This document shows, piece by piece, positions 26,852 through 39,859 of a stretch of 64,000 bases of DNA; positions within the stretch are counted from its first letter, which is position 1; each line of letters opens with the position of its first letter. The translations under genes were made by a program, and so were the position numbers. Origin of the DNA: Rhynchobatus australiae. Taxonomy: Eukaryota. The DNA lies in contig JAUZTB010000063.1 of NCBI GenBank assembly GCA_034780895.1, forward strand, positions 24,349,465 through 24,413,464, written 5' to 3'. A model generated the notes under the pieces. That model made no database searches and was not told the DNA's origin. It was given only the letters and a program-made list of their open reading frames with translations.

Positions 26852-27075
26852 CCCTCTATTGACTCTGTTTACACTTGCCCCTTCCTCAGGAAAGCAGCCA
26901 ACATAATCAAAGACCCCTCCCACCCTGGCCATTCTCTCTTTTCCTCCTTCCCATTGGGCAGAAGATCGAGAGCACATACCACTAGGCTCAAGGACAACTT
27001 CTATCCCACTGTTAAAAGACTCTTGAATGGACCTCATGTACTATAAAGAGGGACTCCTGACCTCACAATCTAAGG
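26852..27075 (+). mobile_element. Rex1/Babar-like LINE 3' fragment
   Basis: Translates PSIDSVYT...KAANIIKDPSHPGHSLF...GRR...TTRLKDNFYP..KRLLN. Confidence 0.8.
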
Positions 27076-27739
27076 ACCTCACCAGGTGGTATCTGTGCAC
27101 TATCATTAAAAACCAAAACACACAAGACCATCTGCTTGCTGCTTAAATTATTTGTGGGATAAGTTAGCAAAACAAGATGATGATGTATACATTTTAGATT
27201 AGTGTATGGACACCACCAACCATTTTGTTTTATATTTTGGTTTTAGTGACAGTAATTCAACAACTCAGAAATGATGTTAATCTATTAATTCCTTGATATA
27301 CCTTGCAGCAGTTTGCAGTTACTTACAGCATTGTCTAAAGAAAACCAGTTGTAATGCTTCCATTCAGGTATTTTGTCTTGAGATGTTTTAATGGAAGAAT
27401 TTTGTGCACACCCCAGGTGGTAAAAATTGAATCTTCAGACCTCATGTTACCCTCTGGTATCTGACAAAAATAGGATGTGCAGAGCTTAAATGGAGACAAA
27501 GTGTTTCCCTCCATAATGACGTGTGTCTCACACACCCATGCTGTTGTTGCAGTTGGGACAGTTATTGGAATCAATGGGCAAGATACCACACTGAACATGG
27601 TGTAAATTAGAGCAACTGGTTGTTCCAAAGTACATTGAGAAGTCAGCACTATTAATATATTAACTTAAGAATGAGTGAAAAATAATTTAAAATAATTATG
27701 ATCAGACATACAAGCTATTTTGAGATACAGCAAAACAAG

Positions 27740-28300
27740 ACAAATGGAATACTTGATTTTATTTGCCAAGGCATTCAATGTATTAGCAGAAATTTCAGGC
27801 TAGAACTGTTTAAAACACTAACTCGGCCATAGCAAAATTTCTGTGTACTATTTTGCTCTCCACACTGCAGGATATTTATATTTATGAGGAGCAACTGGCT
27901 GGGCTTGGGTTGTTTATGTTGGTAAAAAGGAATCTGAAAGAAGATAATTGAGGTCTACAAAATTAACTGGCCAAGGCAGTATGGACAGACAGGATCTATT
28001 TCCCACAGCAGAGAACTCAATAACTGGGTGCCATAGATGTGGAAGGATTAAAGGGAACCTGTAGGAAAAAAATGCTTCAAAGAAAAGTAACGAGGGCCTT
28101 GAATTCAATGCCTGAAAGGGCATTGGAAGCAGAAACCTTAATCAATTAAAGCTTTCCTGGGTCCACACTTTATGAGCCATAACCTACAGGGTTACAGACC
28201 AAGATCTGGGAATTAGGATACAAGCCTGGCCTCATATACAGACAGTTGGCATGGGCACAATGGTCTGATTGATCTCCATCTGTATGTGAATTTCTGTGAT
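27740..28300 (+). mobile_element. Old CR1 3' fragment
   Basis: gaagataattgaggtctacaaaatt (IEVYKI), ggacagacaggatctatttccc, and a CR1-like 3' UTR. Confidence 0.6.
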
Positions 28301-31300
28301 TTTATAATTTAATGATTCAGGAACAACTTACAATTCTACAGCACCTTTAGCATTCATTAATTCACCATTATTATGATTCTAACAACACAGTCAACAAAAA
28401 CAATGAACCTTAAATGTTCCTAATCTTTGGCAGAGTGTAATAATGATTAAAAGATTGGTTGAGACCTGCTTTCTTGGATCGTTCCACTTTAATTAACAAT
28501 CTCTTAGTTTTTCGGGAGGAGCAGGGTTGCACCTTTGCATGATGCAGATTTACTTTAGGCAGGCCAATGAGGTGGGTGATAACATTCTTAACTTCTGTCT
28601 CATTTTATCAGTATGCCCCTTAGTGAGTATCTCATCATACCTTGAGCAACCCTGCAATAATAGACAGGAGATATGAAAGAGAGGTTTCATTAAAATTCTT
28701 TCTACCATTTCTTTCCAATAGGCTTTTCAGAAGCGATCAATCCTTACTGACTGCTAGTCTCCATCAGCGAGAGAAAAGACTCCATTTTAGGGTTTTGATT
28801 TCTGCTACAGGTCCACGAGCCCTGAAATTTCGTACAAATTTTGCCAGAAGACATAGTAACCATCTGGNNNNNNNNNNNNNNNNNNNNNNNNNNNNNNNNN
28901 NNNNNNNNNNNNNNNNNNNNNNNNNNNNNNNNNNNNNNNNNNNNNNNNNNNNNNNNNNNNNNNNNNNGACCAATAGGACTTCATTTCAAAAGCAAAGCAC
29001 CAACTTTAACCTGAATTCCTTTGGAAAAACGTTTTATTTGATTTGATTTATATTTGATGCTCAAATGTTGCCGAAATGTACTTTAAATGCACAAGAAGTC
29101 CTCTTTGAAGCAACAACGGACTGAGACCCATATTTAGTGTTTTAGCTCAGGTGGTCATATTTAGCCTTACACCTTGTTTAGTCTTAATTTTGTTTGTTTA
29201 CAGTTTGTTTACATGTGCGTCAGAGGTTGTTTACTGTTTCTTTACTGTTTCTTTACTGTTGGCTCAGCTTCCTAGAGTATATAAATTATGTAAAAGTAAT
29301 TACATAGACATAATTTACTATACTGAAAGGACTTGCTTTTAAGGTCTCCCAAATAACAGGGCTGCTTAATTAATCAAGATATAGGGTATCAAATGTATCT
29401 AGAGATGTTTGCTCCATCTGTTCAAATAGTAGAGTGTCACTTTATAGTAGGTATAAAACATAGAAACAGTTAATATCCCCATTGATTACAATTTGGTCTA
29501 TGGCTCCAATAACTCAGATGCTCAAAGTTCTGAGTTATCAGGATGAACCCTCTCTTTATGCCTCCAAGCTCTTTACGTGAATGTTTTTTAATGGTTTCCT
29601 CAAACAGCTAAAGAGTGTGATGTAGTCTAGAAAGTAGTGAGAGTGCTTGCATTAATTGAAGATTGTGAGGTAAACATATATATTTCTTACGACAAAGTGT
29701 CAGACACCAACTATATGTTAATTTCTCAAAATTATTCAAAACTGAGTACCACATAAAAATGCACAAGCCAAATTCGATTTCTGGTTTTGCATGTTAACAG
29801 CAGTTAAGGGGAAAAGTTCCAATTTCCAACAGTGTAGCTGGTTTCTCACAATGTAGCAATCACTCCAGTTTTAACTAGGACATAGCAGGGAGGGAACAGA
29901 CAGATTTTTGTTTGGTGAGCCACATATAAATTATAATTACTGACAACAGCAGGCTTAAGCACCATGCAGCAGTATCAATCTAATGCTGGACATATTGGAG
30001 GAGAAACAACAGGAGATTGTGCCCAGGAAGTTTCAGAGATATATATGAATATTCAGTACTGCAGAGGCCATCAGAGTATCATGTACAAAGCAGTGACCAT
30101 GACCCTTGTGAAGACCACCAGCTGGAGAGGATGTACTGCAGCAAAGTTTCTACAATATTACATTGGCGCATTCCTTAGATCCTTTCAAGAACTGAGCAAT
30201 GGATGTTAACAGATTAACTACTAAATTTATAATGATTAAAGAAAATTTTGCATGAAGGCATTCCTAGCTCACAGGTATTTTCTTGTGGACTTGCTATATT
30301 TTCCACTCTATATATCAATAGTTATTTAATTGCAACATTGGTAAATTGCTGATAGATAGTAAGGCAAGGTTTTAAAACCCTCACGAACAAACTGATATAC
30401 AATTACACACAATACTTGGATGTCTCACTAACATCAGAATGCTGTCCACCAGAGAAGTTACAGCTGCCCTTTTTCAACCTGCTGCTCCTTATTCACAGTT
30501 CAACAGCAGTGCAGAGCAGCAGTGGCTAGGAAATGCTCTCCTGCACTTTATGGCTATGTTGATTGTTGATCACAATCACTTTTCAAGCCTGATAGAAAGA
30601 TTAATATCTATATGATGTGTGAATGCTGGCAGAAAATTATGTGGTAAAACTGCTAAATTTGATGGCAATGTTCAAAAAACAAATACCTTGTTGAGTGAAA
30701 TATTGCTTTATTATCTGGGCAGTGATGGATATTGTGCAGAGATCTCCTGAAGGGCAAGGCTTCTGGCTGAAAACTGAGCTGCATGGTATAATTCACCCTG
30801 CAGGGATTGGGAAAGGAACAGGAGAGGGGGATTATTTTGGAAACATCAGCAAAGAACAGCTTAGACATAATGCAGAGTTGGCCCCTTCTAACTACTCACC
30901 TATGATTTTGTGATAATGTGTTCAGTGAAGCAAAAAAAATGGTTAAGTGCTTTTGCTACTGTGATGACCTTTGATTCAAGGTGAAACAGCATACCCCTAA
31001 GCCATACCCTGCACCCACTCAGTAGCATGTTGATCCTTAGTACTGCCCCTAGTAATTCCCCTGTCTCTACACTCATTGAAGAGAATGGTTCTTCATGTAT
31101 ACCCATCAGTGGAACCCTTTCATCCCTGAAACATCTTCACCATAATGTCTGCTTTGCATTCAGTTCTGAGTTATTGGTCATCTCATACTTAACTCAACCA
31201 GCAGTTCACCCTCCTCCTAACTCCACACTTACTTACTGTGGTCATGCGGCCACCAATGAGCTTGAGGTGTCAATTCTGTGACAATTCCAAGCAGTCCTTA

Positions 31301-32429
31301 GGTTGGTGGAACTTGAGGTCCCATCCCCAACACTGCCCTGATGGCCTTTGGCAGTTTGCATTGTCAAAGGCCTGTTCACTGATTTTTTCAATATCATTAA
31401 TAATTGTAAACATTTAACGACAGATGAAATTGATGTAAATGGTTAAAAATAATAAAATTATTTTAAAGTGGATCAAACTGCTGTTAATTAATTAAAAAAC
31501 ATAAATATATAGAGAAATATTGAACAACTTTAGTCAAACTTACAAAAGTTGAGGGGACAGTTATAAAGTGTAGGACACTACAAAACCCCCAGGGTTCAAT
31601 AGTGATCCCCCATACAAGAAGGGAGAGGTCAAATCCATTCGGNNNNNNNNNNNNNNNNNNNNNNNNNNNNNNNNNNNNNNNNNNNNNNNNNNNNNNNNNN
31701 NNNNNNNNNNNAGTGGTCCATGGACCCATGAGTCAGCCTCAACTGGATCTGGCTCATTAGGTTTCCCTCATTGGATCTTCTTGACCTTCCAAGAAAAAAA
31801 AGTGCTGTTTAGATATTTTGAAATATTATGTTCTATTTTTGCACATGATACAGAGTTGGGCCATAGGGCCTGTCTCCGTGCTGTATTACTCGATAAGTCG
31901 ATAACTCCAACATTTTTATCATGATTTAACTTAGTCAATTCAAGGTTAACAATTGTCACTAATGCAGCCCAAACCGTAAGCTCAGGTTTAGTAAATGTTT
32001 CTGCAAATGTAGGCTAGGCACTGTCATTCTCCATTGGTCCTCTTTCTAAAGTACTGCTTTGTTTGTACGTTTCTGGCTGTTCATGAATGGATGTGCACTG
32101 TCATCAGCTGGCTATTGCTATTTTCATTAAAAAAGATGTATTGTAAAAGATGAAACATATAAGGTTGCACCTTTTAATGCAGAGCATCAAGCACAGTTAA
32201 CAATAAGAGAAGATCCTATGCTTACTGCAAATACTGAATCATAGGCTTAGATTTTAGCCCAATCTTTCCCACCCCCCCCAACAATAGGCAGTTATGGAGG
32301 AGATGTTCAGATAGCATGGCTTGGCAGCCTAGTCCCATTTCCTTTGACTTCGAGGAATAAAATGACAGAGCATAAATACCACTGTAAACGTTTACAAAAC
32401 ATTGGTTTGACCACAACTGGAGAATTGTC

Positions 32430-32760
32430 ATAGAGTCATAGGTTACAGCCAGACAGATGTATAGCAGAGGAACAGGTGTGTTGCTCCACCATGCTGACCA
32501 TCAGCCACCCACATATGCTATATGCTCCTCTCATTTGCATCAACTCCCCCAAATTCTACTACTCACCACACACTAGGGGCACTTTACAGTAACTATTAAC
32601 CCACCAACCTGCATATCTTTGGGAGGTGGAAGGAAACCAGAGCACCTGGAGGAAACCCACATAGCCACAGGGAGAACATGCAAACTCCACACAGTCATGA
32701 TTGAAGCCAAGTCTGTGGCACCGTGAGGCAGCGGCTCTTCTAGCTGTGCCACTGTATTGC
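32430..32760 (-). mobile_element. HE1-like V-SINE
   Basis: Reverse complement of the SINE at 22490 (ggaaacccacatagccacagggagaacatgcaaactccacac). Confidence 0.82.
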
Positions 32761-32764
32761 CCTA

Positions 32765-33255
32765 TTGTGATTTGTTCTGGGCACCACACTTCAGGCAAGA
32801 AGAAACTTATTGAAATGATTTTGGGGATGATGCACTTCAACTACATGGATAGAATGGAGAGGCTGGGGTGGTTCTCTTTGGTACGGAGAAGGTTGCAAAA
32901 AGATCTGGTGGACATATTTAGCATCATAACGGTAGAGATAGTGTAGACGGAGACTGTTCGCTTTGATGGAGGGATGAAGAGCAAGGGACTTAGTATGAAG
33001 GTAATTGATGAAAGAGTCATAAGGGACATGAGGAAATGTACTTACACAGTGAGTGCTTAGCATCTGGAATGCACTTGTCAGGGTAAGGGGTGGTGGACTT
33101 AATTACAGCCTTGAAAAGGTTGTGGATGTGTATCTGAAAGGAAAGAATTTGCAGGGCTATGAAGAAAGGGTGGGAAAATGGAAGTAGTCAGATTACTCTT
33201 ACATGGAGTCAGAACATACAGTGGAGGCAAAATGGCCTCCTTTCCTGCTGCAACC
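32765..33255 (+). mobile_element. CR1 3' fragment
   Basis: Translates FNYMDRMERLGWFSLVRRRLQKDLVDIFSII, with terminal aaatggcctcctttcctgctg. Confidence 0.75.
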
Positions 33256-33329
33256 AATCAGGTTTATACTGTGATTTAAATGTTAATTCATCTCATGAAT
33301 AAAAATTAACAAGGGGCCTGTTTGAAATT

Positions 33330-33540
33330 CAAATCTCCAAACCTCAGCCCCAATCTCCAATCTCTAACCCACATCCTGATTTCCAGTCTCCCAACTTCAG
33401 CACCAATCTCCAGCTTACTGACTCCAACCCCAGTCTCCAGCCTCTGACCCCCACTCTGATCTCTAACCCCTGACCTACACTCTGTTCTCCAGCCTTCCAA
33501 CCCCAGCCCCAGTCTCCAGCCTGTGACCCACATCCTGATT
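33330..33540. repeat. Degenerate C-rich minisatellite
   Basis: Recurrent units such as ccccagtctccagcct and cccacatcctgatt. Confidence 0.75.
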
Positions 33541-34925
33541 CTTTATCTGCAACTATCAATAGTTGTAATTTTGACCTGACTGTGATCTGTCCTTTGACAA
33601 AAAATGGTTCATTTTGTGTTCACTCTTTATTCTTGTGCTTTTCCCTTGGTGAAATGGCACTCCAGTGTACTCAAAAATTTGGCTTTCCTACTTCCTTAAG
33701 CAGTGCAGACATGGATTGTAATCCTCTGAATGATGATGTGGGAAACAAAGGCATCTTTTTATTTATGATATCTTTACATTATCATCTAAACAAACACAAT
33801 TCCCAACTTAGTTATACAGAAACATCAACACTGAAATCTGATTGTAACTGTGGAGAAAATGAAATTGGAAATCATAGATGCAGTGTGCATCTTTTCTATT
33901 GAAGTTGAAATTGAAATATACATCCTGCTCCCAATAATTTCTATTTTGATTTCTTTGCATACATTCTATTGTTTTTTTTTTCAGTTGTTATGTTTGGAAT
34001 TCCTCCCAATCATGACATTAACTTTTGTCTGGCATAAGCTTGCAGAATGCTGCTAAATAATTCTGCAGTTTCAAGGTTGTTGACACTGCCTTTTCCCAAT
34101 TGTCCTGAAGAATGGTTTTGAGCTGCAGGGTTTTGTAAATGTGAAACAATGTGCACGTCTTTTGGAATTAAAATAAACCCCTTTATGCCAGCTGTTCAGA
34201 AGAAATTGTGACCCATAATGAATACTCAATTTACTGATCCATTGAACTCGCACAGTTCAGGGCACTTCAACAGAAAGAAATTTTCATGAGCACCCAGATG
34301 ATGGCAGTATTGCATCAGTTTGAAGCACAGCCTTATGGCAAGAAATATTTTTTCACACATTGTTGGCCAAATGCTTACATTTTGCAATCTATTTTTCACA
34401 GGCAAATAAAACTTACATAATTATTTACGTCATGGAATAATAGATAATGGGGAATTGTATATTGGTTACAAATAGAATGATTTAACTTGTATTCAAACTA
34501 TTTGGAGAGAAGGTTGAAGAGATTGTTCTCTTGAAATAAGGACGATTAGAGAATCCATTATACAAGAATTTGTGANNNNNNNNNNNNNNNNNNNNNNNNN
34601 NNNNNNNNNNNNNNNNNNNNNNNNNNNNNNNNNNNNNNNNNNNNNNNNNNNNNNNNNNNNNNNNNNNNNNNNNNNNNNNNNNNNNNNNNNNNNNNNNNNN
34701 NNNNNNNNNNNNNNNNNNNNNNNNNNNNNNNNNNNNNNNNNNNNNNNNNNNNNNNNNNNNNNNNNNNNNNNNNNNNNNNNNNNNNNNNNNNNNNNNNNNN
34801 NNNNNNNNNNNNNNNNNNNATTTTCAGAGATTGAGCAAATTATTTCATATTTTTTCAAAGATTGTGAAACTAAATGGTTTCTTTCCTATCCAGAAAATAA
34901 TAGCAGTACTTAAATGCCCAAATAA

Positions 34926-34931
34926 TTTATT
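34926..34931 (-). terminator. Candidate polyadenylation signal of the KCTD4-like gene
   Basis: AATAAA on the minus strand about 265 nt after the stop codon. Confidence 0.5.
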
Positions 34932-35196
34932 CTGGCTTCCTAATCAGCTAAATAAGTAAATTACACATGAAAGTGATGCAGTGGTGCAACGTGTTTTTGT
35001 AAAAATTGAAGCCATAGTAATGTAATCAGTTGACTGAAATTCTATTTTACAGTTTAATGGTGTCTAAAATATTACATCATTAGGATAATATATTGACTGG
35101 GCAGTCAGTTTTACAGTCTAAATACAGTGGCATAGCAGTTACTAAAGAGTTATTTTAACTCAGTGTTTGTTACATAGATTACTTGTGAAACTGGAT

Positions 35197-36091
<895 letters not shown>

Positions 36092-36644
36092 GAGCATTTC
36101 ACAATAGGTGGTATTTTATCATTGCATGAAGTGAGTTTACAGTAATGCAATTTGAAACTGAAATCTACCCTTAATTCTCAAAAGCAAATGAATGTGTCAT
36201 ATCTTGATGAATTAAAGCTGTTTGACGTAGTACTTTCCAAACATGATCGAGGCATTACCATAAATGTACACTTTTGGACGCAGAAGATGCTGCACCAGCA
36301 ATGTATCACGAGGATTGTTCTCCACCAGAAAAAACTTACTACTAATACAGATTTTACTTGTCTGCTTAAACCAGGAGTCCTTATCTTTTACTTGCATTGG
36401 CTGCTGGCTATAACATTTCCCGAGAGCAAGGGCTTAAGGACAGAGCTAATCAGTTGTTGATGTAGACAAATGTTTTAAAAGCTGTTCAGCTTTGAAATAA
36501 AATTTAGTTTGTCAGGTCATGCTCTACTGCTGCTCCTGGTACTGAGAAAATTAAATCGTAAGATAGTGCAGCTTTAATGTGATTCATTTCTCAGTAGGGT
36601 CCAGAAAGCTATGGGCTGAATGTAGGAGGACATTTTAAAGTTTA

Positions 36645-37623
36645 TTTTTCCGGATCTGGGCATCGCTTGGAGGTCCAGCATTTATTTCCCGTCAATAATT
36701 GCTCTGCAGTGAGCTTCCATTTTGAATTACTGGAGTCCTTTTGGCGAAGGCACTCCCACAATGTTATTGGGAAGAGAGTTACAGTACTTTGACCCAGCGA
36801 CAATGAAGGAATGGTAATATTTCCAAATCAGGATTGGGTGCAATTTAGAGGGGAACCTACAGGCGGTGGTGTTCCCATACATCTGCTACCTTTGTGCTTC
36901 TTCGTTGTGTACATTGTGTGTTTGGTACCTGCTTTCAGAGTAGCCTGGGTGAGTAAGTGCAGTGTATTTTGTGAATGATACACTCTGTAGCTACTGTGTG
37001 CTGGTGGTGAAATGAGTGAATGTTTATGGTGGGGATGGGGTAGCAATCAAGTAGGCTACTTTGTCTTAGAGGGTTGCAAGCCTTGTGTGTTGTTGGAGCT
37101 GTGTTCATCCAGGCAAGTGGAGAGTGTTCCATCGTGCCCCTGTCTTATGCCTCGTAAATGGTGGAAAGGCTTTAGGGTGTCAGGAGGTGAGCTACTCACC
37201 GCAGAGTTTCTAGCTTCTGGACTGGTCTGGCAGCTACAGTATATAATTGGCTGAATCTCTGGTCACTGGTGACCACAACCCTCCAGGATATTGATTGTGT
37301 GGATCAACCACCACTTTGAGAGTGGATGGTTAGACTCTCTCTTGTTGGAGATGGTCACACACAGCTTATGTCATTTACCAGACTATGCATGAATATCATC
37401 TTGATTTTGCCACGTGCAAGTTTGGACTGCTTCATTTGCTGAGTAGCTGCAAATGGAATTGAATGTTGTTTAATCACTGGATAATCAAGGGATATTCACT
37501 GATGACAGCAAAAACATCTGATCTTATGTCAGCAAAAACATCATTGATAAAGCTACTTAAAATGGTTGGGTCAAGGACGAACTCCTGGACTGATGCCTTG
37601 GGACTGGATAACTGACCTCAAAC
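36645..37623 (-). mobile_element. CR1/L2-related LINE 3' portion
   Basis: Translates MEHSPLAWMNTAPTT and HSFHHQHTVA. Its 3' end (aaataaatgctgg) matches the tails at 45130 and 47476. Confidence 0.75.
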
Positions 37624-38929
37624 NNNNNNNNNNNNNNNNNNNNNNNNNNNNNNNNNNNNNNNNNNNNNNNNNNNNNNNNNNNNNNNNNNNNNNNNNNNNN
37701 NNNNNNNNNNNNNNNNNNNNNNNTGTACAATAAAGAAGTTGAGGCTAAAATTAATGGGTGGATTTAGTAGATTAGTCCTCAAAAAATATTAACTAATTAG
37801 GGAAGGAAAACATATTAAGCATTATGGCGGTAACACTAGTTATGGTCCTGACTAGAGATGCTGTAAACTACAAGGATACTGTAGCAGGATGAAAAAAGGA
37901 CCGGTCCAGCAAGGAATTAAAGAGAAAGTTCACTTCAGCCAGTCAGTGAATGCCAGAGGTAAAACATCACAGAATAATATTAATACACCAACATATTGTA
38001 CATACATTTTGCCTTCTTATGCTTTTCCTCTATATTAAATATGTTATTTGTATTGAATGTATAAACCTTAGAAATGAACTTTAAGTAGATCCCTTCAGAA
38101 TTGTCCAGCATAAAATATTGCAGCAGGTTATTTGGGGTTGAGTATTTATCCAAATTGTTTTGGTTCCATTTCAAACAATGAAATGCAATTCCTGTCTATC
38201 AATTTACTTCACCATTTTGTTAAATGAATTTATTATTAGTTTCAGGAGCATTGCAGCCAGAGTTATTATGATTCTCAAATACAATATTTCTGGGGAGATT
38301 TTTGTAAAGAGGAATTAGGTAATTAATTATAGTGCACCATGCCACAATCACTATGGTCTTTAGTTTGGCACAAATCACTTTACTGACAGCAATTAATCTG
38401 AGGAGTCTATTAATTCCAGCGATTGTGATGTCCAGAAATGTGGCTCTGTCAACAACAGTTGAAAGGTAACTACATTTTGTATTTGACACTGTTAACCAAT
38501 CAGAAATAATAATCCAAGTGTACATAAAAGGTCAGGCAACTATTACAAAATAGACTGTAGATAATGGAGATTTCTGATGAAGGCCTCTTTATGTATGGCC
38601 AAATGTGACTTAAGTAGTGGGCAAAAATGAAGCTGTTAATTCTTCTAATTCCAGCCAATGTTGTCGTCAAGTCCTGTTTGGAATGCGGTTTGGTCTAAAT
38701 ATCCAGAAGTGTTCTAGGATCTGAGCGGTGATATGTGCCACATCCATCATTCTCATTAGTTGGACTTACTTACTCACTGCAATAAGAAGGTTGTTCAGCC
38801 TATCTGGTCCATGTCAGCTCCCAGCAGAGCCAGTCCAACTGTCCTGTTCCTCCCTCCCACATTTCCCTGTAGCCCAGCAACTTATTCTCTCTCACATATC
38901 CATCAACACAGTAAACTAGATCACAATAC

Positions 38930-39815
38930 TACAACTGTTAAGAAGGCTTTTGTTTCAAGGCAGTTGGAATATAAAAGTTGAAGTTTACAACTGTATAAGA
39001 CACCAATGAAAGATCATCATCTGGAGTACAATGTACAGCTTTGAAAGTACAGTTCAGGGAAAGTTCACTAGGATGACCTGAGGTAAGGAGAAATTGTCTT
39101 ATGAGGAAAAGTTGAACAGAAAGTGTTACACTCATGGAGTCATAGAGTAATAGAGCACGGAAACAGGTCCTTTGGCCCAACTCGTCCAAGCTGACCAAAA
39201 TGCCCACCCAAGCTCCGCTTTGTCCACATTGCCAGTGTCTGGCCCATCTCCCTCTAAACCTTTCCTATCCATGCACCTGCCCAAGTGCCTTTTAAATATT
39301 TTTATTGCACCTGCCTTAATGACTTCCTTTAGCAGATTTTTCCATATACACTTTTCCATATGTGTGAAGAAGTTGCCCCTCAGGTCCCCTTAAATTTTTT
39401 CCCTCTCACCTTATTGGTCCGCCTTATTCCCCTCATTGGAATTTAGAAGAATGAGAGTTGATCCTATTGAAACATACACGTTTCTTAGGGGGTCAGACAG
39501 TGTAGGGGATGAGAAGATGTTTTCCTCATGGCAGAGTCCAGAACCAGAGGGCTTGGTCTCAGAATGAGGGGACACCCATTTGAGGCTGAGCTGAGGAAGA
39601 ACTTCCTCTCTCAGTGGGTTGTTAGTCCTTTGGAATTCCTGACCCTAGAAAACTTTAAAGGCTGAATCTGTAAGATAGGTTTTTAATCTTAAGGGATCAA
39701 GGATTCAAAGGAGAGGGTGGGAAAGTGGACTTTAGAAGACTTGGATCAGTCATAATCTGATTGAAAGGCACTGCAAACTTAAGAGTCTGAATGGCTTACT
39801 CCTGCTCCTATTTTT
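38930..39815 (+). mobile_element. CR1 fragment split by an antisense CR1 insertion
   Basis: The left part (LYKT..HLEY.VQ, SYEEKLNR) continues at about 39420 with LEFRRMRVDPIETY. Confidence 0.7.
39135..39415 (-). mobile_element. Younger CR1 3' end nested in the CR1 at 38930
   Basis: Begins with gagtcatagag...gcacggaaacagg, the reverse complement of the CR1 terminus; the ORF remnant reads IKIFKRHLGRCMDRKG. Confidence 0.8.
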
Positions 39816-39859
39816 AACAATATTGTGGAATTTCAGGATTTAGACATCATGATAATGTA

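Noticed and set aside
26513-27046. Long ORFs spanning N runs (also near 34500 and 62350)
   Set aside because: They are artefacts of N gaps, and the flanking residues derive from LINEs or are non-coding.
29950-30800. Faint similarity to HARBI1-type transposase (VTAAL...FQ; CFIIWAVMD)
   Set aside because: Too degenerate to distinguish from chance without a search.
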